DNA from: Antedon mediterranea
Taxonomy: Eukaryota; Animalia; Echinodermata
DNA length: 64,000 bases
Direction: 5' to 3'
Assembly (NCBI RefSeq): GCF_964355755.1
Contig: NC_092677.1
Location: forward strand, 23,733,175 to 23,797,174
The notes beneath the pieces are model-generated. The model did not search any database. It was not told the origin of the DNA and saw nothing but the letters and a program-made list of their open reading frames with translations. This document shows positions 41,110-53,392 of the stretch, piece by piece. The number at the start of each line of letters is the position of its first letter. Within the stretch, counting starts at the first letter, position 1. The position numbers were made by a program, and so were the translations under genes.

Positions 41110-41395
41110 TGATTTACAGTACGTGTTGGGACTTATAAAGCCGAAGCTTGTGTGTCCCTCGGTGTGTTTCTATATTATCTTGTCTACTATAGGGGGAAAA
41201 CTTGCAGAAAGAAGTAGACAAATGTTTTTCCAGCCTTGGCTTGAACTGGTTGATTGAGTCAGATTCTATGACCATTGACAGTAATTTGTTCAGACGTTGC
41301 ATATGTCTTGAGTGAAGAACTTTTGTCTAATTCTTAGATGAGATATGTCTTTATTCATTTTCCATTTATGGCCTCTAATTCTGGACTCTCCTCCA
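41110..41395 (-). mobile_element. CR1 LINE ORF2 C-terminal remnant
   Basis: Minus strand reads IRGHKWKMNK..HLRIRQKFFT..NKLLSMVIESDSINQFKPRLEKHL, matching the CR1 pattern RGH..KL...R..FF...WN.LP..V....S...FK.RLD. Confidence 0.82.
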
Positions 41396-43420
41396 AAATT
41401 ATTATTTAATATTTGTTTTAAACTGTAGGTTATAGCTGTCAATTATAGATTACGATCAATACCACACTTAGCAATATATACAATATTGACAAGGACATAA
41501 CATCAAATTGAATAATTAATAACTGCACTTGCTTCATATTCAAAATCAATTAAAGAACAACAATAACGTTGCTAAATATTTAATAATGTTAGCCTTGGAA
41601 AAGCAGCTATTTGTTATAATTGTATTTATCTAACAATTTGAAATCTTTTCAAGCAAGAACGATTGACACAATTTAGTGGTAATCCTTTTATTTTCAACTT
41701 CAAATGATAGTGAGCCCTCTATAATTTGTAAGACTTTTTAGAACATTATATCATTAATTATTCACTATATGACATTATACTACCATCTTTAGCCTCCATT
41801 CCAATATATAATATTTAATAATAATGACATTGTATCTTTAAGGCAATGAAACGTTATGTATCTTTTGGTAATCTTTTGTTTTTATAAGGTAATTCATACA
41901 TGCTTACTAATACAAATTTGCTAGTTAATTAATCAATATGTCAAGAGAGAGTTTTCTCGATTTGATAATTGATCAATGAGAGTGGATTAAGATGTATCAA
42001 AATCGACCAATGTCTCAGGCCCCAAGTTGAATTCTCCATAAACCTAACTTCTGTGCATTATATATTGATTTTGCAAATGCATAGTGTAAAGAACATTCTA
42101 TCTACACCTTGCGACTATACTCATATTAAGCCTGTTTTCCACTAGGCGAATTTGTTCATTTGTTCATTCAGCATTCATTCATTCATGCGTATACACATTC
42201 AGCGCAAAATGAGTAGTTTGTCTAGTCAGGAAAAAAAAATTAAAAAGCTCAGAAGATACGCGATGGAAATAAAAATCGCAGCTATTCGCGGAAAATTGTA
42301 GCATGGGTTTCTGACAGAGTGCAAGGGTTGTAACTCACTTTCAATACCTCAACCTCAAATGAGACTTCGTTTATAAGCATGAACAATTATAAAATAGTTT
42401 ATCCATCCTATTGGATAAGTATTACAAAGACAAAATACTGTAAAATGACAATGCTGTGTGTATAAGTGGCTGCATGTCAATGGAGATACAAAAAAAAAAG
42501 CGAAAAGCTAAATCAAAACAAAGTAAAACAGCGAGAAAAATAAGCCGAGCTTTCGGGCAACACTAGCCCTTCAACAGTGCAAAGTATATATAACAAAATT
42601 AGTTGTCTTTTTTTCAATTGAAAGTCGATAAAACTTAAACTTGTCCTCAAGTTTGATATAGTTATATAAACTATAGAAATGAAAATAAATGTGTAAAAAC
42701 AAAGGTATATGTAACTATCATTCTTATAATGAAATTCTTCCTTTAGTGTGTGGCAACATTGCTTTGGTTAATTTTATTATCAGTCATCAATCAAAATTCT
42801 CACATGGTTAGGACAAACATTTGAAAACAGTTGGGATGGTCTAATGCTGGACAATAGCCCCATCATCTTCCATCTTGTCAAAATATGCCAGTGTTTCATC
42901 TCCCTTCTTAGAAATGATAAGACTTTTAGGATTGCTCCTAAAGGTGAGAAAGATCATATTGGTCGTCTCCAGCAAGGGGACAGCTGGTAACAGAAATATA
43001 AAGAGCTTGCAAATTAGATGCTATTTTTTTTAGATTATTCACAGCTAGATACCGCTGCTCTTCTTCAATTGGCTGTTTGATCCGAATAACCGGGCAAGTT
43101 TCTCAAGGACCCAAAGTGCTTAGTTTAAAAGCGTTCTCAACTCACCAATTAAGAATTGTTAGCATTTTATAATATCTATTCAACAGTTTTATTCTGATAA
43201 TGCAGTAGAACCTCATGGCCACTCCTTAATAGGGTGTCCCCATAATATGAGTACCCCCAAAGGAAAGGGTCTAATTATTTTTCATGTCCTAGTGGTGCCC
43301 AAGTTTGCATTCTAAAATCTTTTACATCTAAAATTAATATATACAATACAGAGAAGCTGAGCAAAAGTGTGGGTAGTTAAGACAAAAGACAAATTCATAT
43401 TCAGGAGAAATTTGACAATG

Positions 43421-43585
43421 TTAAGCCTTTTCAACATTATGTGACAAAAAAGAAAAAAAATGTGATGTGCCCATATATGGACATGATGATGTCATATCAC
43501 TACCATATTTGGATATATAACTACCATATTTGGGCACATTACACTTTTTTTGTCAAACTAGTTTGATGGTGTGGACATAGCTTTA
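43421..43585 (+). mobile_element. MITE family A copy
   Basis: tgtgatgtgcccatatatggacatgatgatgtc...gtcaaactagtttgat...agcttta. Confidence 0.82.
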
Positions 43586-44385
43586 AGGACAAAGAACCAC
43601 AATAATTTTATTCTCCATAAGGGGCTGCAGTGTGTAAAGTATATACATATACATATATGCAGTATGGTGACAACAGAGGATAAAAAGTACAATAATTTAA
43701 ACATGAAACTGAGAGAAGAATAACAATAGTTTATTAATAATATAATAATACCAGTACAAGAATTGTTCTGTAACCTTCACCTTGCTTTGTTTATTTTAAT
43801 TATTGTTATTGAAATATATTAAAGAAAACATATCATGGTATATTATACATTATTCATGATTTAATTGAAAATTTATTTTCTTTTTAAGTTTTTATAGAGT
43901 TTAAAATCACCTGGTACCATCATTATACTGTATGTACTTTACTTTCATCATAAATACGATTTTTTTAATATATAATTATTATTTTTTTATTACTTACAAA
44001 AAAAAAGTTGCATGTAAAGTTTTATAGGATACAAAATATGGGTAGAAAATTAAAATTCCTTTGTATTCTCTTTTGATGCTATCTAATGAGTTAATATTAA
44101 ATTTAATTCATCTCTAAAAATAATATTTTCTAGGTTTATAAATCTTGTAATCTAACAAATAAGAAAATACTTATAACCTTAAAAAAAATGATTTATATTA
44201 AAAAAAAAAATTATTTTCATATTTTATCTGAATTTAAGTACATATTACTTTATATGTGTAAAAATAAATAAATAAATTAAAATTAATTCAGTAAATTGTC
44301 TAATGGTAACCATCGATTAGGTTTAGGTTTGATCGTGTTTTAGGGTTTACCTTCAAACCGTTGGTTAATGATTATGTTGGGTTAC

Positions 44386-44531
44386 CAGGCGCGGAATTAG
44401 GCGGGGGCTAAACAGGCTGATTATAAAAATAATGACTATTTTTATTTTTCTACAACCTGACAGAACTGTTTTATTATTTAAGAAATAAAATAAAATAAAA
44501 TAAATAATCTATAATGCTGGATCCGCCCCTG
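44386..44531. mobile_element. Small hAT-like MITE
   Basis: Termini CAGGCGCGGA...TCCGCCCCTG. Both flanks carry gttac, but no full 8-bp TSD was seen. Confidence 0.5.
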
Positions 44532-45601
44532 GTTACAATTAGAATTGTCATTACAATTATTATACTAATAGTATGCTGATAGTAAATAGTAACCCATCCC
44601 CATCTCCTCCAGTTAAGCTCTTGGGCCAGAACAAATACCTTTACTTACAACTATGAAAACTACACCACATTAAAAAAAAAACCAACATGGCCTATCATAT
44701 TATCCTCTATTCTAATAACTCTGTGAATTTACAACAGTTGTTTATAGATTAATAAAACTTTGATGATTGGGAGGGTTTGCTAATACTAATAGGGAAGTGA
44801 ATTACTATTGAAACTTTATGATATAAGATATATTTGTTGAAATTCTTTTAAAAGTTGTTCACTTTGATTCAACCAAAAATTGGATCTAAAAAATATTTGC
44901 CTGAAATTTTCCAATTTCATGGTTAAATTTACCCTTTGTTTTGTCTTTTTATTTGTAAAATCCTTGGGGGTTTTTCCGTTTGATTTTTCTATGCCAGTGA
45001 TAGATTTATAAAAACTGATTGATTGACTGATCTTCATTTTTCATCTTGTTTTTTAGGGGACATACATAGGCAAAGAACTTGTTTTTAAGTTATAAAACAT
45101 AAGGTGAATTTGAACAAGCCATCATTTTGTTTCATTGCATTTTCTCCATCAAATCTATAATTAAACAACATCATGGATGACTATGTGTTATCACGTTTTC
45201 AATAGACACTGACAATTAATGCTTAAACACTAATTTACCTAATTAACTGTTATCCTATACCTAGGTTGTGTCATATTCTTATTGCTAGTATCAATTTTCA
45301 AGTCACTTTAATCACCCATGGTCTTGAATTTAAACATTTATACTGTACATGGTTAATAATCTTTATTTTGAAAATATAATAATGATATATTTTATTATTG
45401 CACATGGGACAGGAAAACTCTTTCAGCTAGATAGATTTTTTTTTTCACCATTTTTTTCCCCTTATACTCAAACTTTATTCGAACAACGCTTTTGGATCAG
45501 CGGCACACGTTTATAAAACATTAACAATACAGTTACAAAAATAAGTTACACAAAAAAAAGAAGAAATTTAACTTAATAGAAATGGTCCGCAAGTAGATTT
45601 A

Positions 45602-46191
45602 AAGATAAGATAAGATAAGATAACTTTTATTGATCCTCAAAAAGGAAATTCATTGCTCGTCATAATAACAAAGAAAACACAATAAAAACAAATATAGCAT
45701 AAAACCATTCATATAAAAACATCTAAAAAAAAACCAAAAAAAACAAGATAAAATTATCTTCTTGACTTCCTGTTGTACTGGATGATACCGGAGGGAATAA
45801 ATGATTTAGCAAATCGATTTGTTTTCACACTGAGGAGCCTCAATCTACCACTTGGATTAAGTTGGTCTATGATCACTTTGTGGAGAGGATGAGAGGCATC
45901 CGACTCAATGCGTTCGAAATCTTTCTGGAGGTGTTCTAGGTGCACATCGGTAAAGGAAGGCAGTTCCAGACCAATCATTTTACCAGCCCGACGGATGAAA
46001 GTTTCAAGGCGTCCTTTATTCCCTCCGGTAACATTACCAGCCCAACAGGAGAGGCAGTACATCCAAACACTACATAACGGATCTATAGAACGAAAGTAAC
46101 ATCAAATCACAGGAGTTAAATTTATATAAAGTTCTCATACAATACATTCTGGGATTTAATTTTTTGCTGATGAAGTCTATATGGTCTCCCA
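45602..46191 (-). mobile_element. 5'-truncated Rex1/Babar LINE
   Basis: Minus strand FYRSV..YCLSCWAGN...GKMIG...SHPLH...PSGRLR...KTNRFAKSFIP (ORF 45754-46062), with a (TTATC)n tail at 45602-45623. Confidence 0.88.
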
Positions 46192-46312
46192 TATATAAGA
46201 ATTACAGCCAATACCTTTAAAGTGGAGACTATCGGGTATTAAAACTATTTGAAAAACTATAAGGAATAAATGTTTACATTAACATTATATATATTTATAT
46301 TTTTTTGTTTCA

Positions 46313-46470
46313 TGATTTGATTTGATTTGATTTATTTCGGCATCAGTACATAAAATATCACAGACATACAATTAAAATTAGCAAATATAAAAATACCAAA
46401 ATAAAACAAGGATGCCAAGGATAACTCATAAAAGTCCTCTACGGACTTGTTTCCAATGAGGTCCTTTGAA
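46313..46470 (-). mobile_element. LINE 3' UTR remnant with (AATCA)n tail
   Basis: (gattt)n followed by ccaaggataactc...ggacttgtttccaatgaggtcct. Confidence 0.55.
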
Positions 46471-47738
46471 AGAACAGCAAAAGGACAAACAATGCAACAT
46501 ATAAAAATTACAAAAAACAGCAAAAAGGACAATCGAAAAAAGAAGCGCTTATTAAATAGTTTCTAGAGCTAGTGAACGTTCCTGTAGATACTTTTTAACT
46601 TTACTTTTAAAACAACAAACAGTTTGTGATTCCTTAATGTTAATTGTAAAAATGTAATTGCTTATAAACCCACCTACTTCTGCTAGCTATTATACTTAAT
46701 GCAAAATGAAGGGTCATGTATTAAACATATTCTAAATATTCTACAGAGATCATAGGTTAAAATATTGCTCGTTATGAGACAAGTTTGAAGATGCTATTTG
46801 AACACATGCCCTTCAGCTTTTTGTCTATACTCTTTGCTTTTTAGCGGTGTGGATTTCTTAATGATGAAATTTGTTATTGGATTGGATTTATGAGCGAGTG
46901 TTTTTCGTTCAATGACTGCGGTTTGTCCTCCTGCTCTGGGTGGCATATTCCTGCCAATCATGGCAATCTTGTTTTCGCAACTGGTAGGAGTTCCATTAAA
47001 GATACGAGCTTGTAATCAACCCAGCGTCTTCAATTTGGTGGAGTAATTTAGTGCGAATGCTTGTGAAATTTGTCTACGGGACTTTAGTGACTGTCCGGGA
47101 GATTGATGTGTAATAAGTTTGCGATTTGTTAGGAAGTTGTGTCAAAACTGTCAGTTTATAGTGAGGATAATGTTATAATAACATATTAAACCTAGGCAAT
47201 CTTGTCATATATTTTCCTACATAAACAAAATGTGTTTAACTCAGTCAGAACAAAACTAGTTCAATTATTTAACCTGTATATTAATTTGTATATTTGTTTA
47301 AATTTACTATATAGAGTATTTTTAAATGTTGAATTTAAACGATATTATATCAAACATAAAAAAACGGAAACAGAACTTTTCACATGCGGACTTATACACA
47401 TGAGTGGCAAACACAAGTGAGACGCGCAATGTCTAACGACGATTAGCGTTTAAGATGATGATATCTAATTAGTTGTATTATTGTATAGTACTTTGTTTGT
47501 TTGTTTGCAAGATAGTGTCCCAATTTTCAAGTTATTTTCCTGTATTTTTGGGCATTAGGTATATCAATTGATTTTCAGAAAATAGATATATTGGTGACTT
47601 GAAAAAAGCTTGAATAATATAATTTCAAGTGCCTGTATCTTCAATATGAGCTGAAGTATTATATAGCACTCCCTCTGTCGCTCTGCATTTTGCCAAATAT
47701 TTTGCTCAGTTCCAAGCGCTCAATTTATTTCTTTCTTG

Positions 47739-47896
47739 TTAAGCTGTCTACACTATCAAACTTTGTGACAACATAATGTAATGTGCCATTATATGGACAT
47801 GATGTCATGTCACTACCATATTTGGGCATATCACTACCATATTTGGGCACATCACACTTTTTTGTCAAACTAGTTTGATAGTGTAGACAGTGCTTA
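47739..47896 (+). mobile_element. MITE family A copy, ~180 bp upstream of the 69-nt exon
   Basis: aagctgtctacactatcaaac...gtttgatagtgtagacag. Confidence 0.85.
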
Positions 47897-48074
47897 CTCA
47901 ACACTGAAATACACATTGAACTGAAGATATTTTAAATGTTTGTGTTTTAAGCCATTTTGCCTTTGAACAAAAAAAATAAATAGCCACATATATTTTTAAT
48001 AATATCTAGATTATTATTTCTTTAACATATATATCACATCCTTTATTTCAATAATTTTATTATATATTTTTCAG

Positions 48075-48143
48075 GAATTTTTACTTGGTGACAGCACAAA
48101 GGCAAAGGAAGTAATGGGATGGGTGCCAAAGGTCACATTTGAG
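48075..48143 (+). CDS. GMDS: GMDS coding exon (human exon 10 equivalent), 69 nt
   Basis: Acceptor tttttcag, donor gtaaat. Phase 0/0, translates EFLLGDSTKAKEVMGWVPKVTFE (GMD motif L.GD..KAK..LGW.P), continuing directly from YRPTEV. Confidence 0.96.
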
Positions 48144-48874
48144 GTAAATTAAAATCATGTTTTATTCACAAAAGTAATACCTGTACATAACAAGTATTAG
48201 AAACATTTATTTTAATTTTTAAACAGATACCTGTATTATTATGTTTTTAATAATTTTTAGCTTGCCTTTGGAACTTAGTTGAATATGTTCAGTAAATAAA
48301 TAAATAATAAATACTAGACCCTATATTGAAAATTGACAAAATTAATTTTGAAAATAAAAGTCTAGATAACTTAATAATACTGTATATACATGTTTAAATA
48401 TTATGTCTATGCTTTGTTTGATACAATGTTGTAAAATATAGCCCTTTTACACTGTTGTGCTAAAAACAAACCTTGTTTCCGGATAAATGTCCTTTTTATA
48501 CATGATTCAGTAACTCAGGAATGACACAGGTTGCTTGTATTTACACTGCCAAAATGCCCACCGAAATTGATATAAAAATCGCTCTCTCGTGCATGAGGAG
48601 ACACTCTAGTAACAGTCAGCTCATCGTACCTCAAATAATTTTTGTTATAATGCCAATACACAAAAATATGTCTACTTTTGAAGATTGTTATTTCTTGAAA
48701 TAAAATTAATAAGAAATAAAAAAAACCTTTTTATATAAGTCCACAAAACAAAATCAGTATTTTTGTCAAGTATGTAAAAATACTATAGTGAGCAAGCAAC
48801 CAACCGGGAAAACATACACGCAACTGTTGACTTTGCGCTAAATACATTCTGCTTCACTTATCCAAGTGGTTCAA

Positions 48875-49118
48875 AGATCTTTGAACTAGTTAAGGATACC
48901 TGTGCAAGTCAAAGGTATACTAGTGAAATATACCTGAACTAAGGAATACCTAAACTAGTTTAAGAATATTTGAACTAGTTATTAGAAATACCTGAACTAG
49001 TTAAGGATCTTTGAACTAGTTAAAGATATACTTGAAAGATACACAAACTAGTTAAAGATACCTAAACTAGTTCAAGAATATTTGAACTGAACAAGTTGAT
49101 GATCTTTGAACTAGTTTA
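48875..49118. repeat. ~20-bp degenerate tandem repeat (gaactagttaaggatacct), in the last intron
   Basis: Recurrent aactagtt core. Confidence 0.85.
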
Positions 49119-49372
49119 CACTTGGAAACAAGTGCACCGGTACGTCCCAGGTTAACTTGATGCTGATACATTCTGCATCACTTACCCAGCTTGTTTAAAG
49201 AACAAGTAACTTTTTTCGTTGTTGTGTATGCCGGCCAAATTTTGTATCCCCTCAGGTTACACAATTTTAGATCATCTCCACATTTTTGTGTAAATTAAGT
49301 ATAACCCTGTTCCATACTTTACATTTACTGTGAGTCCCAACTTTAAAGCACTATGTAATTTTATTTTTGTAG

Positions 49373-49435
49373 GAACTCGTAAAAGAGATGGTAGATTCGG
49401 ATATTGCTTTAATGATGAAAAACCCAACCGCATAA
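49373..49435 (+). CDS. GMDS: GMDS terminal coding exon with stop codon, 63 nt
   Basis: Acceptor tttttgtag. Translates ELVKEMVDSDIALMMKNPTA*, TAA at 49433-49435; compare the human C-terminus ELVREMVHADVELMRTNPNA*. Confidence 0.96.
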   Translation, partial: ELVKEMVDSDIALMMKNPTA

Positions 49436-50331
49436 ACCTGACCGAATTTACGAAAAAACACACATTAAAGGTGCTAATTTAATATTCAATAACACCAAAA
49501 ACAAAAAATGAAATATCAGGTTTTCTTTCAGTATTACTGTAGAAGTCTAAATATAAACTATAAGTTATAATAACAATATATTATAGAATATGAATATAAT
49601 GATTTAATTGAAGTTGGTAATTGATTATTTCAAAGGAAATGGTGGTGGGAGAATTGCACTGGTTTTAGTAATAATAATTTCATATTGAATGGATTTACAA
49701 TATGTGTTGATTTATACTGAAAATATTATAACCAACATTTAAATATAGACATCTGATGTAATTGTACAGTATCTACTAGTTTCTATTGATAAGGAAAGTA
49801 ATAATTAGATCAGTATTATCTTGTCATAGAAATATGGTAGGTCCTCACAAAAACCACAAAAACAATAATTCTTAAGGGTTTTTATCCCATTGTTACTTAC
49901 TAGTTAAGTAAGTATGTATCACCCAAAAATGCAACAACCACTAATGTTTATTATTACATTAGTGGGTTGATACCAAGAACTAGTTAGATACGAAGGATAA
50001 CTGAACTAGTTAAGGATACCTAAACTAGTTAAGCATATTTTAACTAGTTAAGGATCCCTGTGCTAGTTAAAGATATACTTTTTACTAGCGAAGGATACCT
50101 AAACTCATGGTTAAGCATATTTGAACTAGTTAAGGGTCTTTGAACTAGTTAATGGTTCCTGTGCTAATTGTTAGGAATACCTGAACAAGTTAATGATCTT
50201 TGAACTAATTAAGAATGCATGTGCTAGTTAGGGATCCTGAGGTAGTTAAGGATCCCTGTGATAGTTAGGATCATGTACTATCTCTATGCTAGTGAAGCAT
50301 TCATAAACAATAAAATTTCTTAATTAATAAA
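49436..50331 (+). other. GMDS: Putative GMDS 3' UTR with candidate polyadenylation signals
   Basis: Follows the stop codon. ATTAAA at 49464 and AATAAA at 50309 and 50326; the true 3' end cannot be determined from sequence. Confidence 0.4.
49975..50280. repeat. Second array of the same ~20-bp repeat, downstream of the stop codon
   Basis: Same unit and orientation as 48875-49118. Confidence 0.85.
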
Positions 50332-50819
50332 ATAATCAATTTAAACAAGCATTTAAATGAGAGACCCTCCCCCATCTTTGTAATACTTTTTTTGTCCCCC
50401 ATTCTCCTATGGTAAATATATTATAGATTTGACCTTAATGTGAACTTTTATTATCGAACATGAAAAAATGAAGAAACCTTTTGTCACCCGATACTTGTAA
50501 ATACATTTTAATTGTCATTGAGTTTCAATCCCAACTTGTGTTATTATTATTAAACTGTGGAAACAAAAGGGATAGAAACCCAAGACACGTCGAATTTAAT
50601 TATATTTTAAAGTGGAAATGTTTTAAACTCTCAATTTATGAAAAATTGTTCTTCGGTCATCAGTGAGTTTCGAGCTAAATTATTTTGCAGATCTTGGCTG
50701 GTGAACTCTCATTTACCTAATGAATTTTGTAATATTATTTATTATATTAATTTTTAAGCATATAAACAGTTTTTTTTGTTGTTTACTTTATTTTTAAATT
50801 TTTAAATATACTGTATAAC

Positions 50820-51850
50820 TAATAATAACTTTATTTGAACAGACGCTTTTAGAACAGCGGCACACGTTTTATGACGGTGCGTTCATAAGTTTAAAGAAAA
50901 AGAAAAGGAAATGAATTATACAATAGTTAATTAACAAATTAAAGTATGAAAATACACTTTAAGATCAACGAATACAGTAAACACAAATAGAAATTTAAAA
51001 AGATTTACAGAGATGTACACCAGTCTTTCTCTGCAACATTAAATACAATATACAGTGAAAATTAATAAACAAAATTATAAAGCAACAATGCAAATTAGCT
51101 CTTTTTTAACTCTGATCTTTTTTTCCAGGCAACTTTAAGGAAATTCTTACAGTATTTGTCAAATGCTGTCAAGACAGCTTTACTAGGATCCAAGTTAATA
51201 TCTCCCCCTAAAACTATAGTAGTTTTTTCATTAACATCAGCATTTATAAAATGTTCCCATGTTGCAGACTCATCCAAATTTTCAAGGTCATTATTTAGCT
51301 TCACTAATTGGATCTCCTTTATAGCATTAAAAGCTTGGCAATTAAATAAAAAATGCTGTACATTTTCTATTTCACCACTCTGACATATAGTGCAGTGGCC
51401 AGATATTTCTTTAGACCATTTACAGGTTCGTCCATCTAGAGGTAAAGTGTTGGATCTTAATTTAAATTTTAAGCTTGCACCTGTGAAATTGGTTTTATCA
51501 AGAAGATAACTCTCAAGGCTAGGACTTTCTTTTAGTTTGGAGTAATCTTCAAGGGATGACTTTTGGTTTATATTATTTAACCAATCCAAAGTGTATGCAT
51601 CTGCAACATGGTCATCTATGGTTTTAACAGAGAATGAATTAAAAGTATAATTTTCAGTATCAAAAACTTGTTCAAACATATTTAAGTCTTGGCATTTATC
51701 TAAAGTTTCTTTACATAAAGCTAAAAAGTTGTATTTTAATGAATCAAAGTCACTGTTGAGTTGAAACATGCAATGGAGTGAAATATTAGGCCATCTATTT
51801 ACATTCATATTTATAACACGTTTGAGGTATTTGATTTTTGTATTTTGGAT
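50820..51850 (-). mobile_element. 5'-truncated RTE-X-like LINE with open C-terminal ORF (51095-51808)
   Basis: 237-aa ORF with KLRSNTLPL...CTICQSGEIENVQHFLFNC (CCHC Zn-binding motif of non-LTR ORF2). 3' UTR and short (TTA)n tail at ~50820. The same 3' end (cgctttt...cagcggcacacgttt) recurs at 45470-45520. Confidence 0.85.
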
Positions 51851-52099
51851 TACAGTAGTACTGTTTTATTTACGTATAGTGTGTGTTAGACAAATCATTC
51901 AAACATAATAAAGTTAGGAACTTTTCAACAGCTGAAACTTTTAATTGAAGGTGTAAGATACTTATTTTTAATTTCTCTGTACTGCTGGACATTGAAATAT
52001 TAGATATCTGTATATTAGTCTTAGAATACAGTAACAAGAAGTTCTAATCAGCTGACTTGAAAATACCTGATATATATTAACAAATCTTTTTTTTCTTCC

Positions 52100-52715
52100 T
52101 TTATATTCCCCTGCTATCTCATCTCTCATCAATTTCCCCTTCAGCTTCCCTTCTTTCCAATCCCATTTTTATTCCCTCTTCTTCCTCTTCCATCTTTCCT
52201 CTTCAATAACTTTCCCCTTCAGCTTCCCTTCTTTCCAATCCCATTTTTATTTCCTCTTCCATCTTTCATCTTTCCTCATCAATTTCCCCTTCAGCTTCCC
52301 TTCTTTCCAATCCCATTTTTATTCCCTCTTCTTCCTCTTCCATCTTTCATCTTTCCTCATCAATTTCCCCTTCAGCTTCCCCTCTTTCCAATCCCATTTT
52401 TATTCCCTCTTATTCCCCTGCCATCTCACCTCTTCCATCATTTCCCCCTTCAGCCTCCCCTGTTTCCAATCCCATATTTCCATCCCCTATTATTCCCCTG
52501 CTATCTCATCTCTCATCAATTTTCCCCTTCAGCTTCCCCTGTTTCAAATCCCATTTCCATCCCAATTATTCCCCTGCTATCTCACCTCTTACATCACTTT
52601 CCCCTTCAGCCTCCCCTCTTTCCAATCCCATTTTCATTCCCTCTTCTTCTTCTTCCATCTTTCCTCTTCCATCACTTTCCACTTCAGCCTCCCCTCCTTC
52701 CATTCCCATTTCCTA
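52100..52715. repeat. Pyrimidine-rich ~65-75-bp minisatellite
   Basis: Repeated ttccccttcagcttcccttctttccaatcccattttt..., about 9 units; + strand almost devoid of G. Confidence 0.92.
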
Positions 52716-53392
52716 AGACTTATTTTAAAATTAATAACTATGTTTTTGATAATTGTGACTCTGATGAATATTTCTATATTATTATTATTATATACAGTGT
52801 GAACCTGTTCTTGAGGTAATAGTATTAAAATATGTATATGAGAAAACACTGTCTTCTCAGTATGTAAAAAGTGAAATGTAATATATTATATTAATTTTTT
52901 TTATATGCAAAATACATTCCATATCAGACTCTTATCGCAGATGAGAAATATCTACAAATTTTTTTTTTTGTTCATGTAAAGAAGTCTGGGGTCTATAACT
53001 TTTTGTTTCCTATTTTTTAATGAACAAAAATGTCACGACTATGTGGCTCAGACATTTTTATAAAAATATATGTAGGCCTATTAATTTTTTATAGAAGTGA
53101 GGTAAAGAATCTCAATATTAAATAATTCAAGCAAACATTTGACAAATGTTTGTGTTTTTTTTAATGCACCTTTATTAGACACTCGCTTGATAAAGAAAGT
53201 AACTGTGACACTTATACTTTCAATTTAATCTACAATTTTCTATTGATAAAATAATAAGTTTGTTTGTATTGATAGTGCATGTTCTTGGTATTCTAACGGT
53301 TCTTTTGGGCTATTTTTGAAATATTCGATTATTTTTATAAGTAACTTATGAAATATTCTATTTATTGTACACCTTGTGCTGCCAGAAAAGTC

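Larger units (their letters stand above)
6560..48074 (+). other. GMDS: 41,515-nt GT-AG intron of GMDS
   Basis: Bounded by gtaagt and tttcag. The flanking exons join in frame with no GMD residues missing. Confidence 0.92.

Noticed and set aside
42911-42943. Possible 32-nt poison exon (cttcttag|AAATGA...AAG|gtgaga)
   Set aside because: Such splice-like pairs are expected by chance in 41 kb; there is no transcript evidence.
44315-44350. Telomere-like (ttaggt/ttaggg) tract
   Set aside because: Only 2-3 degenerate units, typical of TE-internal motifs.
47575-47615. Possible duplicate or alternative GMDS exon (YIGDLKKA resembling LLGDSTKA)
   Set aside because: Immediate in-frame stop, no phase-compatible acceptor, and the similarity is too short.
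48884-48900. gaactagttaaggat read as an alternative last exon (ELVKD)
   Set aside because: It is a tandem-repeat unit without an acceptor AG; the real exon is at 49373.
50238-50260. let-7-like tgaggtagt; also miR-10-like taccctgtag at ~9215
   Set aside because: Only the first 9-10 nt match and there is no precursor hairpin.
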